64,000 nt of DNA from Centroscyllium fabricii. Lineage: Eukaryota. Position 1 is the first letter of the stretch. Each line of letters opens with the position of its first letter. The translations under genes were made by a program, and so were the position numbers. The notes under the pieces were generated by a model that saw nothing but the letters and a program-made list of their open reading frames with translations, was not told the origin of the DNA and searched no databases. The stretch spans positions 9,858,001-9,922,000 of the forward strand of contig JBNRSN020000010.1 of the NCBI GenBank assembly GCA_051313645.2, written 5' to 3'. Of the stretch, positions 49,706 through 62,400 are shown one piece after another.

Positions 49706-50501
49706 GGGCCCTGTTTTCCTGGGGACTCCTTATCGCACGCACCAACATTGCACAGAAGTGTGGACATCAATTTCCTCCCCGTTCCTCCCCGTTCCTGCGC
49801 TGCGTGGCAGTCCAGCCACGCTAGGTGCGCAGTGTAAGCCCCGCCCATAGATCCCAAATTTAAATAAAAAACGCCCCCAGATCCATAATTTAAATAAACA
49901 CATCCCGATTCGGACCTTTGTGAGAGCAGGGAAGTGCGGACTGCACTGAAAGATTGGCGGGGAGCAGCGCGGGGGCACAGCAGCTTCTCAGAAGAGGAAA
50001 CGGTAGGTAAGTCTGCCATTTTTTCCTCTTAGATTTTTTATAGATAGAGAGTTAAACATTTCAGAAATTTAACTTTAAAAATTAGCGATTTGAAACAGGT
50101 AAATTAACTTAAAATCGGATTTGTAACATTTTTTAAAAAACTTTAACTTAAAAATTTAATGCTCCGATCTGGACACATTACTCCCAAAAACTGTAAAAAA
50201 TTAAAATTAAAGTTACAAAATTAACTTACCTGCTTCAATAACTAAATCTTCTCCCTCTTACTACTGTTTTTTTCGTGGGCAGCTTGTGAGCCTGTTGCAC
50301 ACGGAATCACTCTCTAAAAATCACCCGTTCTGACAGGAAATCGTCAGTGCAAGGTCTTCCTGTGTTGGGACCTGACGGGCCTTGCCCATCAGCACAGGAA
50401 ATTACCGTTCGTTGGCATCCCCCGTGTTGCACACCCACGAGGCATTTCTGAACCCCCTTTGTGGGTGTGCAGCTCCTCTGGAGCACAGGAAAACAGGGCC
50501 C
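49706..50501. mobile_element. Harbinger-type MITE, family A, copy 2 (inverted relative to 21231-22065)
   Basis: TIRs GGGCCCTGTTTTCCTG / CAGGAAAACAGGGCCC; TSD ATT (49703-49705, 50502-50504); single ATT at the empty paralogous site 32717-32719. Confidence 0.92.
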
Positions 50502-50504
50502 ATT

Positions 50505-50699
50505 ATGTGGAGGTGCCGGAGTTGGACTGGGGTGGCCAAAATGTAAGAAGTCACACAACACCAGGTTATAGTCCAACAGTTTTATTTGAAATCACAAGCT
50601 TTCGGAGCGTTGCTGACGAAGGAGCAGAGCTCCGAAATTTTGTGATGTCAAATAAAACTGTTGGAATGTAACCTGGTGTTGTGTGACTTCTTACATTTT
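50505..50699. mobile_element. Penelope-like inverted-repeat insertion with a partial hammerhead motif (copy B)
   Basis: Arms ~50538-50608 / ~50628-50699; CTGACGAAGGAGCAGAGCTCCGAAA core; probable TSD ATTTTT(G/A)ACATT. Confidence 0.78.
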
Positions 50700-50797
50700 T
50701 AACATTACCAGTAAGAAGGACCCTCAACGGTGAAAAAGGTGTTTTCTGTGGAGATTTAGTAACGAGGAATCTTTAGTTGGATTGATTACTTTAATTC

Positions 50798-51702
50798 TCA
50801 TTTTCTGCCAATTCCCAATATTAATGTCCAGGTGTATTTCACCACCTTCTTCAGCTCTTCTCTGAATTTCCTCTGGGTGGCGAAATAAATACACGGGTTT
50901 TGAAAGCAGCTCAAAAACTTCAACATTGTTCCAGTTTCAGTGGCGATATATCCAGGATCTGTGCGGTCACCTCGGTAATAGGTGTTGTTTACCAGTTTGG
51001 TAGCTACAACACTCACAGCAGTTGTCAGCCACAACAATATAAAACTGCCCGATATAGTGAACAGTAAAATGATGGATTTAATTCGGTTTACCATCTCTGG
51101 ATCGCTGTGATTTTTACTCCTCTGACCCCGGAGTCCCCTGCGGGCTCTGCTGGCTTCTAAAATACGTCTGATTGTCAAATAATTAAACAAAGAAATTAAC
51201 GTAAAAGGAAGCCAAACGCCCCAGGCGCTGTGAAACCAAATGTAGGCTACACCTGGAGAAGAGGAAAAAAAAGCCACACTGTTCCGGCAACCCCACTGCA
51301 CCTTGTTAATGATTTGTTGCGCTTCAAATGCAAACACAACGGGGACGCCCCTTAACATGGTTATGACCGTGAAAGCTGTTAAAACCGTGGCCGCATTTCT
51401 CTCGGTGCAATACTTTGTATTAAATTTCTTGCAGCAGATAATAACACATCGGTCAAATGTGAAGGCGACGGTGAACCAAACAGACAAATCGAGGTTGACT
51501 ACAGTCAAATATAGAATGAACTTACATACCGGGGTGTGGTACAGGAATGAAAGTGGAAAGCGATAATTGACAATATGATACAATATTACATTGATGATCA
51601 ATACAAATAGATCTGCCGTTGCCATGGCCACCATGTAGACAGAGATACACTTGGAAAATCCGCAGTTTCCTCGGAAGATAATCACCATTGTCACCAAGTT
51701 CG
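50798..51702 (-). CDS. Probable G-protein coupled receptor 139-like (class A GPCR), exon 2 of intact copy B
   Basis: Acceptor ctctctttcttacag, then open to TGA at 50798: ANLVTMVIIFRGNCG, YMVAMATADL (TM2), CK (TM3 Cys), FTFDRC (DRY-like), WGC (ECL2 Cys), WLPFTLI (TM5), FILLWLT (TM6), NPCIY (NPxxY) and KFREEL (helix 8). Confidence 0.93.
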
Positions 51703-51731
51703 CTGTAAGAAAGAGAGAGGAGAGAAATAAT

Positions 51732-52487
51732 GGTCCAAACATTAGCCTTGGTGTCTTCCTACAAGTGCACGGCTCCAAGGTACACTTACGCTGCACTTCT
51801 GCCTTTTTACAAGTATGGGATGTGACATTGCGAGTGGTGCAGCTGCTGTAAGCTACAGGCGAATTGCTGGTGCAACTGAACGGCATAATTAGTGCTAGAT
51901 ATCGCACGGGTCTTTTGATCCGCAGGGAGCCAATCAATGGAAGCAATTCTTCCTTCATAACTTACACGGAGTTATCAGTGTAATTTATGAATAGGAAGAG
52001 CTTCAAAAACACATCTAAGCGCAAAATTAACCTAAAAAACACCACATTTGTTCACAATATTCTAACAAACATAAATTACACTTTTAAAGAAAAAATAAAC
52101 ATTTAGAAACACAATTTAAAGTTTTTAACTGGCCTAAAACAATACTTACCTCTCTTTAAAGTTTTTTTTTTTTTTTTAAACTTGTTAAAATAACACTTAC
52201 ATTCTATAAAATTAAGTCTTTCCTGCTAAGAACGGATGGTTACGGAGATATTTTTAGCTCTATACTTCAATACTACCCCGATAAAAAACTCAAAAAACAT
52301 GGGAAGTCCAGTACGCAACTCATGGTGCGCAGACCAATGCGATCCAGTTCGCAGCAGCTCGCGATCCACCACAGGACCTATCGGAATTGCAGGAAGCAGC
52401 AGGAAACGGCTGCACCCTGCAATTCGGACCTGGGTGCGTGAGCACACGGATCGAAAGCCTCTTGCGCTCATACGGATTTCGGACTCA
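51732..52487. mobile_element. Harbinger-type MITE in the GPCR intron (copy B)
   Basis: Paralog of 33924-34683; ends GGTCCAAACATT ... ATTTCGGACTC flanked by AAT/ATT. Confidence 0.65.
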
Positions 52488-52883
52488 TTGTTCCAGCGTC
52501 TGATGATGTCGATATGGAGATAGCTGTTGAGAGCATTATACTCCAGTCAGTGAGATTATCAAAACGGAGCAGTGTGAGAACAAGATTACTTTTGGAGACC
52601 TTACCCTGGAAAAACAACCACACAATGAGCTGGAGCAGTGCTCAGTCAGTAAGTGGTGACAAGACTGTCGAAATCCTCCTATAAACGTGGGTTGGAGCTT
52701 CAAAGTACAGAGTAATCTCAGTAAGGTTATCGGATTAAGCGGACTCACGATTCAGGATTTATTTCTCATCACTACCGTATGTTTAATGCTGCCATCTCGA
52801 GAACTCCGTACCTTAACAAAGATGCTCTATGTACATGGATACAGATAACTCCGACTAAAAACAAACAGGTTATCGTCACTCAC

Positions 52884-52953
52884 CGGGTACAGCAAAGACC
52901 GCGAGAATCGGGTAGTAAATCTCTTTGATCAGCAGAGTAGCTGGTCTCCCCAT
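52884..52953 (-). CDS. GPR139-like GPCR, exon 1 of intact copy B (MGRPATLLIKEIYYPILAVFAVP)
   Basis: ATG at 52953; 70 nt ending CCC G|GTGAGT; the phase-1 donor joins exon 2 to give GCG AAC (A-N). Total 975 nt = 324 aa + stop. Homologous exon present in both other copies. Confidence 0.9.
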
Positions 52954-53200
52954 TCTCTGTGACAATGAATTAATTCTGTCAGAGCAAAAGGACTCTGATT
53001 GGCGCAACGCTAAGGGAATGGGAGGGAACCTATATTTATCCACACATCAATCCTCCAGCGAGTCAATCAGGTTAACTCATAATTCGCATTAATTACAGTC
53101 ATTAAACATTTAGACCCAATTACATTGTTTTTCTTATCTGACACGCCAGATTAAGAGAAATCTGTTTAATTGTTGTCGGTTAGTTCAAAAAAATACTGAA
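52954..53200 (-). promoter_or_regulatory. Putative proximal promoter of the intact GPCR
   Basis: TATA-like GATAAATAT ~80 bp upstream of the ATG, TAATGCGAATTA (53080-53091) and TTAATCTG; conserved with the diverged copy 1. Confidence 0.55.
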
Positions 53201-53489
53201 TTAAAATATTATTTACGAGTAGGAAGTGCAATAAAACGGTACTGGTGATGCCCCTCGTCCCACAAACCGGGTGAAGGCAGCAACCCAAGCTATAATTTTC
53301 TTGACCCTGACTTTGATTCACTTCTAGAGCAAAAACTCCCACAGAACAGGCGGCAAAACAAACCCTGCAGTAATTGCGAGGATCACATTCTGTCAGCAGT
53401 AGAAGTGCCAGTGCTCCTCCCGTACAAGTGGCACCCTACTTTTAGATAAGAGGGAAATCCATCCCCCCCCCCTCCCCGCTGTAATGCTG

Positions 53490-56400
53490 GCACATTACAC
53501 TTATATTAGATGTGGCCGTACACCTGAAGTACTCGTACCATGCCTACACTGGAGTTGAAAGTTCTGCTAGGGTAATAGTGGTAGAACTACATGAACACTC
53601 TTACGACAGTGCTCCTCCGGTACAAATTGAAGAATCCTTATACATTAGCTGTGTGTGAGCTCGGCCTATACGGTGGTACGTCTCCAGTTACATTAGATGT
53701 GACCGTCCCTCTCCTGCGCCAGTGCTATGACTACACTTACATTGACGTGACCATGCACTTTCTTTCCCCTGCTACCCCAACACTGGCACTAGATGCGAAA
53801 TTTCCCCTGCTATCGTAGTGCTACATTGACACCAGATGTTTCTACCCCTCCTGTCCCAGTGCTACCCCTACACTGACACAATATTTGACCATTCCCCTTT
53901 TCTCCTTGTGCTATGCACACTCTGACACTAGACATGTCCATGCTCATCCTGTCCCGCTGTTAACCCTGCACTGACTAAAGTAGTTAACCTGTCCCTCCTG
54001 TCCTACTGGCACAACTAAACTGACACTAGATATGACCGTGTCACTGTTTTTCCAATTTTAACACTATCATTACACTAGATGTGAACGTGTACCTCCGGTC
54101 GCAGTGCAACTCTAACAATACGTTACAGTAGATTTGACCGTGCCCATCCTGTCCCAGTGTTAAAACTACACTGACAAAAGTTGTGACATCTTCCCTACTG
54201 TTCAAGTGCTACCCTTACAATGACAATAGATGTTACCGTGTCTCACATTTCATAATTTTACACCTACTATTACACTAGATTTGACTGTGCCCCTTCTGTC
54301 CCAGTGTTAAAGCTACACTGGCACTCGATTTGACCGTTATCAGTCCTGCCCCACTTTTACACATCCACTGCCATTTGATATGACCTTGCCCCGCCTGTCC
54401 CTGTGCTAAAGGTACAGTTATAATTGATATGTGTTTGCCCCGCATTTCCCAAAGTTACCCCTACACTATCATTAGATGTGGCCTGTCCCCCAGCTGTCCC
54501 AGTGTTACCACTGACGTTACACTAGGGTTGACCGTTTTCCAGCGGTCCAAGTGCTACCACTAAAAGTAAAATAGATGTGACAATGCAACTACTGTTTAAT
54601 GGTACCCATACACAGACACGCAACATAACAGTGACCCTGCTGTTCTACTGTTACACGTACACATAAACTCTAGATGTGCCCTTGCACCTAATGTCCCACT
54701 GTTAAGGCTACACTCAAAATAGAGGAGACTGTGCCTCGCCTGTCCAAGTGTAAACCCTATAGTTACCCTAGATGTGATGTTGCATCTCTCGTCCCAGTGC
54801 CTTCACTGTACTGAAGCAAGATGTGACGTTGCCCCTCCTTTCCCAGTGTTCCCCCTATACTTACACTAGACATTACCGTTCTCCTCCTCTCCCCGTGTTA
54901 CCCCGAAGCTTACACTAGATGTTTCCATGTCCCTCCTATCCCAGTGCAACACCTACACTTACACTAGATGTGAACGTTCTCCTCCTCTCCCAGTGTTACC
55001 CCGACACAGTTACTAGATGTGACCGTGTACCTGCTTTCTTAGTTCTACCCCAACATTTACACTAGATGTGAACGAATCCCTCCAGTCCCAGTGTTACCCA
55101 TACAATGACACGAAAACTGAATGTGCGCGTCCTGTCCCAGCAGTACACGTACACTTACACTATATGTGACTGTGCCACTCCTGTCTCAGTGCAACCCCTC
55201 CATTAGAATTACATGTGACCGAGACCCTCCAGTATCATGGTTGCCACTGCACTGACAGAGGATGTGACTGTGCCACTCCTGTCACTGTACTACAATTACA
55301 CTGATACGAGATGTGAATGTGCCTCTCCTTTCCCTGTGTCCAAACCTATATTTACACTAGATGTAACAGAGGCCCTCCAGTCTCATTGCAACCCGTACAC
55401 TGACACGAAACGTGACAGTGCCCCTCCTGTCCCAGTGTTACCCCTACGATTACAGTAATTGTGACAGTGCCCCTCCTGTCCTAGTGAGATCCCTACACTG
55501 ACATTAGATGTAACCATGCCCTTGCTGTCTCAGTCTTACACCTACACTGGTACTAGATGTGACCTTCCCCTCCTGTCCCAGTGCTACCACTACAAGTGAA
55601 ATAGATGTAAAGGCCCACACAAGTCCAAGTGCTACGCCAGCACTTACTTTAGATATGGCCGTGACCACCCTGTTCCAGTGTAACACTTATGCTGCCACTA
55701 AATGAGGTATGCCCTTCCTGTCCCTGTGTTACACAGAAACAAACGCTTGATGTGACCTTGCCCTCCTGTCCCAGTGTTACAGCTTCAATTACAATGGATG
55801 AGAAAATGCTACGCCTGTTCCAGTGTAAGGTAAACTTACACTGGATCTGATCTTAACCTTCCTGTCCAAAATGGTATCCCCAACGTACACTAGATGTGAC
55901 CGTGCCCCACGTGTCCCAATTCAACGCCTACACGTACACTTGATATGGCCATGCAACTCGTGTTTAGTGCTATCCGTACACAGTCACGAAATATGACAGT
56001 TAAACTCCTGTTCCGGTGATTCTCCAACATTTGGAAACCTCCTGTCCCAGTCTTACCCCATATACTGGCACTAGGTATGACCTTGCCCCTTCTTTTCCAG
56101 TGTTACCTCTAGACTAACAATAGATGAGACCGCTCCTGGCCTGTCCCAGTGTAAACCCTTCACTTACACTTGAAGTGATGTTGCCTCTCCCGTCCCAGTG
56201 CTATCGCTGCACTGAATCTAGAAGTCACGGCACTCCTACTCTCCCAGTGCTACACCTACACTTTCATTTGATATGATACTTCTCCTGCGGTCCTAGTGTT
56301 ACTCCTACACTTACACTATTTGTGAGCCTACTTCTCGAGTCCGGGTTTCCCCCCTACATTGAAACTAGATGAGACTGTACCACTCCTCCCCCAGTGTTAC

Positions 56401-59400
56401 GACTACACTGAAACTAGATGTCTCTCTGACACTCCTGCCGCAGTGCGACCCTCAAAATGAAACTACATCTGACGGTAAACTTCCTGTCCAACTGCTACCT
56501 CCACATTTACATTAGTTGTGACCGTGCCCATGCTGTTCCAGTGCTACCACATCATTTAATCTAGGTATGAACGAGTCCATCCAGTCCCAGTGCTACTCAT
56601 ATACAGACACGATATAAACGGTGCACCTTCTGTACGAGTATTACAACTACACTTACACTATATGTGCCCGTGCCACAGCTGCGCTACTGCTACATCAATA
56701 TTTAAAGTAGATTGGACGAAGGCTCTCCAGTCTCTGTGTTAACACTTCACTAACTCTTGATGTGACTATATCCCTCCTGTCCCATTGTTGCCCCTACAAT
56801 TAATCTAATTCTGACCGTGCTGCTCCTGTTCCAGTGTTACCCCTAAACTGACATTCAATTTGACCAGCCCCTTCCTGTCTCAGTGGTACTCCTACTTTTA
56901 CACTAGATGTGACCGTGTCCCTCCTGTCCCAGTGCAACCACTGGATGGGCATTATATGTGATTCTACCCCTCGTTTCCCGTTGCCAACCCTAAATTTAAA
57001 CTAGGTTTGTCGGAGACCCTCGAGTCCAAGTGGTACCCCTACACTGACATTGAATAATTGCATGTTCCTCATTTCTCACTGCTAATTTTACACTGGCACT
57101 AAATGTGGCCGTGCCGCCCCATTCCGGTGCAACCCCTATATTTACACTAAATGAGACCGAGGCCCTCCTGCTCAGTGCTATATCTGCACCGACACGAAAT
57201 GTGACAGTACTCCTGCTGTCTCAGTGTTAGCAATACACTGACTCCAGATGTGACCGTGCCTCTGCTGTCCCAGTGTTACCTCTACACAAACAGTAGATTT
57301 TACCGTGTCCCACCTGCATCATTGTCACCCCTACAATTACACTAGATATTTGTAAGAGGTCATGGTTACACTGGATATGTCCGAGGCCCACCAGTCCCAT
57401 TGTTACCACAATACTGACACTGGACGACATTATGCCCATTCTATCATAGTACTATCCATACACTGACAATAGATGTTACCGTGTCCCGCAGATACCGATG
57501 TTACACCTACTATAACACTAGTTGTGACTGTGCCCCTCCTGTCCCGGAATTAGCCCGAAACTGACACTAGATGTACCCTTGCCCCTCCTGTCACAGAGCT
57601 AAACCTACACTGCAATTAGGCGTGACCGAGGGCCTCCAGTTGAAGTGTTACCACTAACGAGACACTGGATGTGACCATCACTCTCCTATCCCAGTGCTAC
57701 CCCTACACGTACTCAAGATGTGAACGTGCCCCTTGTAACCCAGTCCTGCGCCTATATTTACACCAGATGTAACCGAGGCCCACCAGTCCCATTGCTACAC
57801 ATACACAGACACGAACAGTCCAAGTGTTAACCCTACAATTACACTAATTGTGCCAGTGCCCCTCCTGTGTAAGAGTTACCCCTACACTAACATTAAATTT
57901 GACCGCGCCCTTCCAATGTCAGTGCTACTCCTGTATGTGCACAAGATATGACGGTGTCCAGTTTGTCCCAGTGCTAGCCCTACACTGAAACAAGGTGTGA
58001 ATGTGCTCTCCCATCCCAGTACTAAAACAAATATTTATACTAGATGCGTCCGAGGCCGTCGACTCCCAGGGGCACCCCTACGCACCGTGCCCCTACTGTC
58101 TCACTGTCATCCCTGCATTTAGACTAGATGTGACCGACACACTCCAGTTTCAGTGATACCAATACACTGACACTGGATGTGACTGTGTGCCTCCTGTTCC
58201 AGTGTGATCGCTACACATAAACTAGATGTGGCCATCGCTCTTCTGTCCCTGTGTTCACTCTACATTTACACTGGATATGATGGAGGCCCACATATCCCAG
58301 TGTTACACCAAAAGAGTGACGGGATGAGACAATGCCCCTCCTTTCCCTGTGCTACCCCTACATTTACAATAGTTGTTAACGTGTCTCACATGTCCCAGTG
58401 TTTAAGCTACATTTACTACAGGTGAGGCACCGAATCAAGTGTAAACCATACACTTACTCTAGATGTGAGAGTGCTTATCCCGTCCCTTTGCTATCCCTAC
58501 GCTAAACCTAGATGTGACGGTAGCACTACTGGCCCAGTGCTACCCTGCCCGTACACGAGATATGGTTGTTCTCCTCCTGTCCCAGTGCTACTCTTTCGCT
58601 TACACTAGATGCGTGCGTTCCACTCCTGTCCAAATTTTACCCTTTTCTGAATCAGTGTGAATCCGTACCTCTCCTTCCCCAGTGTTACCCATACACTGAT
58701 AATAGATCTGACAGTAACCTTTCTTTCCAACTGCTACCCCCACATTTATAATAGATTTGACTGTGCCCCACCTCTCCCAGCATTACCCCTAAACTGGCAC
58801 AAAATATGAATGTGCCACTCCTGTCCCAGTGCACCAACACTTAAAAGATATGTTAACGAGTTCCTCCCGTCCCAGGGCTACCCAGTTACTGTCACGACAT
58901 GTGACAGTGCCACTCCTGTACCAGCGTTACGCCGAAACATACACTGGATGTTACGATGCCTCTCCTATCTCAGTGCTTCCTCTACATTTAGACTAGATGT
59001 GAGCGAGTTCCTCCTGCCCCCAGGCGACACCTACACTCATACTAGATTTGAACGTGTCCCTCCTGTCGCAGTGATACACCTATTACTACGCTACATGTGA
59101 ACGTACCACTCCTATCCCTCTACGATCACTAAACTTACACTAGATGTGACAGTGCACCTCCATCTGCTCCGGCTACATTTATACTAGATGTGACTGTGTC
59201 CCATCTGTCCATGTGTTACCCCTACAGTGACACTAGATGCGAATATGCCGCTCCTGTCCCAGTGTTTCCTCTACACTGACCCTAGATGCAACCGTGTATC
59301 TCCTGTACTATGTGGGATCCCTACACTGACAATACATGTGATCGTTCCCATCCAGTTCCAGTGTTAGCTCTACCCTCATAGTAGATGTGACTGAGCCCCT

Positions 59401-62400
59401 CATTTCCCATTAAGAGCACTACACTTATACTAGTTATGACCGTGCCCCGCCTGTGCCAGTGCCATAAATACACTGACACAAGATGTGACACTGCCCCTCA
59501 TGCCCTTTGTCTCCCCTACACTGACACTAGGTGCAACCGTGTCCCTCCTCTCCCAGAGGGACCTCTAAACTGATATGAGGTTTGACTTTGCCCAATTTGT
59601 CCCATTGCATACCCTACACTCACAGTAGATGTGACTGTGCCTTGTTGTCCCAGCGTTTCGTCTACACTCACACTAGATCTAACCGTATCCCTACTGTGCC
59701 ATTGTTACCCTTACATTTACACTAGAAGAGACCATGTCGCACCTGTCGCAGTGCTATCCATACACAGACACGAAATGTGGCCAAGCCCCTACTGTACCAG
59801 TGTCACCACTACAATTGCACTTGATGTGACCGTGCTACACCTGATCCAGCGTTACTCCTCCACTGACCATCTATATATCAACAATCCCTCCTGTCGGATT
59901 GTTACTCCTGCACTTACAGTAGATGTAACTATGCCTCCCCTTTCCCAATGTTACCAGTACTCTTAAACGAGATCTGAGCTCCTCCTCCTGGATAAGTGCT
60001 TCCCAAAAACTTAGACTACATGTAACCGTGCCCTTCTGCCTCACTGTTAGTCCTGCGCTTACACTAGATGTGACAATTCCCCCACTGTCCCTGTGCTACA
60101 CCTACACGTATACTATTTGTGACCATGCAAATGTGTTTCGTGCAACCCATACACAGACAGGAAATATAACAATACCATTCCTGTTAAAGTGTTACCCTTA
60201 TACTTACAATAACTGTGACCGAGACCCTCCAGCCCAAGTCTTACACCTACACTGACACTAGATATGAACATGCCCCTCCTATCCCAGTGCTAGCCGTATA
60301 TTTACACTAGATCTGAACGAGGCCCTCAGAGCCCAGTGGTACGCCTACACTGACACTGGGTGTGTCCGTGCCCCTCTTGTCTCAGTGTTCCACCTACATT
60401 GACACTAGATGTGGCGTGCCCGTCAAATCCCTGTGCAATCCATATAGTTACACTAGATGTGACCGAGGCCCTACTGTCCCAATGATACCCCTACACTGAC
60501 ACGATATTTGACCGTATCACACCTCTCCCAGTTTTACCACAACACTGACACTAGATATGACTATACCTGTCCTGTCCCAGTGTTAACGATACAATGATAC
60601 AAGATGTAAGAGTACCTCTCCTGACACACTGCAACACCTTAAATTACAATGGATGTGACCGTGGCCCTCCTATCCCTGTGCAACCGCTTTATTCACACTA
60701 GATGTGACAGAGGCCCCCCTGTCCCAGCGCTACACATACACTGACGTAAAATGTGATAGTGCCCCTGCTGTACCTGTGTTATGCATACACTAAAACTAGA
60801 TGTGACCGACCCCCTCCTGTCCCAGTGTAGCCCTACATTTAACCAAATATGACGGAAACACTCCATTACCAGTATTACCCCAACACTGACAGTGGATGTG
60901 TCGATGCCCTTCCTGTCCCAGTGTTAAACCTACACTAATACAAGATGTGAGCGCTTCCCTGCCGTCCCAGGGCTATCCCTACACTGACAAAGAAGTTAAC
61001 GTGTCTCCCATGTCCCATTCCTACATATACTATTACACTTGATGTGACTTTGCCATTGCTATCCAAGTATTAACCCGACACTGACACTAGTTAAGACCTT
61101 GCCCCTTCTGATCCAGTGCTGAACCTACACTGAATCAAGTTGTGAATGTACCACAGCTGTCCATGAGCTAACACTAAATTTGTACAATATAGCACCATGC
61201 CTCTCCTGTCCATGTGCTACACATACAGTGACTCTTGACGTGACCTTGCCCCTCATTTCCCAGTTTTAACCCTACACTCAAACTACATGTGATTTCTGAC
61301 CCTCCATTACCAGTGTTAATGCTACACTTAAAATAGTTATGGCAGTGCCCCAACTGTGCCACTGCTACCCCTACACTTACACTAGATATGACCATGCAAG
61401 TCCTGTTTAATGCTACCCATAAACAGACACGAAACATGACAGTGCCCCTCCTGCCCTTGGTGTTAAAGCTACAGTTACTATAGATGAGGTCGTGCCTCGC
61501 CTGTCCCAATGTAAACCGTACACTTGCACAATATTTGTGGGTGCCTCTCTCTTCCCTGTACTATCCCTATGCTGAATCTAGATGTGACTGTACCCCTCTT
61601 GTCCCAGTGCTACCCCGACAAGTACACTAGATTTGACCGTTCTCACATGTCCCAGTGGCACTCCTAAACCTTACACTAGATGTGAGCGTATCTGTCCTAT
61701 GCGAGTTCTCCCCTACAATGAAACAAGATGAGACCACAGCACACCTGCCCCAGGGTTAGCCATGCACTGATACTAGATCTGACTCTAACGTTCCTGTCCA
61801 CGTGCTACCACGACATTAAAATTAGTTGTGACCATACCACTCCTGTCCCAGCATTACCACTATACTGAAACAAGATGAGAACTGGGCCCCACTGTCCCAG
61901 TGCAACCCCAACATTTAAAATAGATGTGCACGAGGCCCTCCAGTCCCAGGGATATCGAAACACTGTCACTACATGTGACATTCCGCATCTGTCGCAGCGG
62001 TCACCCTAAACTTACACTAGATGTTGCCGTGCCCATCCTGTCTCAATTATACGCCTACCTTTACACTAGCTGTCACCGAGGCCCTCCTCTCCCATACTAC
62101 ATCTACACAGATACTAGATTGGACCATGTCCCTCCTGTCGCAGTGCTGCCCGTACAAACACACTACATGTGCACGTCACTCTCCTGTCCCTGTGCTACAT
62201 TTACACATATAATAGATGTGACAGTGCACCTACTTTCTCCGTGCTACATCTACATTTACATTAGATGTGACTGTGCCCATTCTGTCCATTTTTTATAACT
62301 AAAATGACTCAGGATTTGACCATGCCGCTCCTGTCCCAGTGTTTCCCCTACACTGACACCAGATGTAAGTGTGCCATCATCTCCCAGTGGGAACTCTTCA

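Noticed and set aside
51703-51958. N-terminal ~85 aa of the 386-aa ORF as the true receptor N-terminus
   Set aside because: It derives from intron/MITE sequence; a conserved exon 1 with a phase-matched donor exists at 52884-52953.
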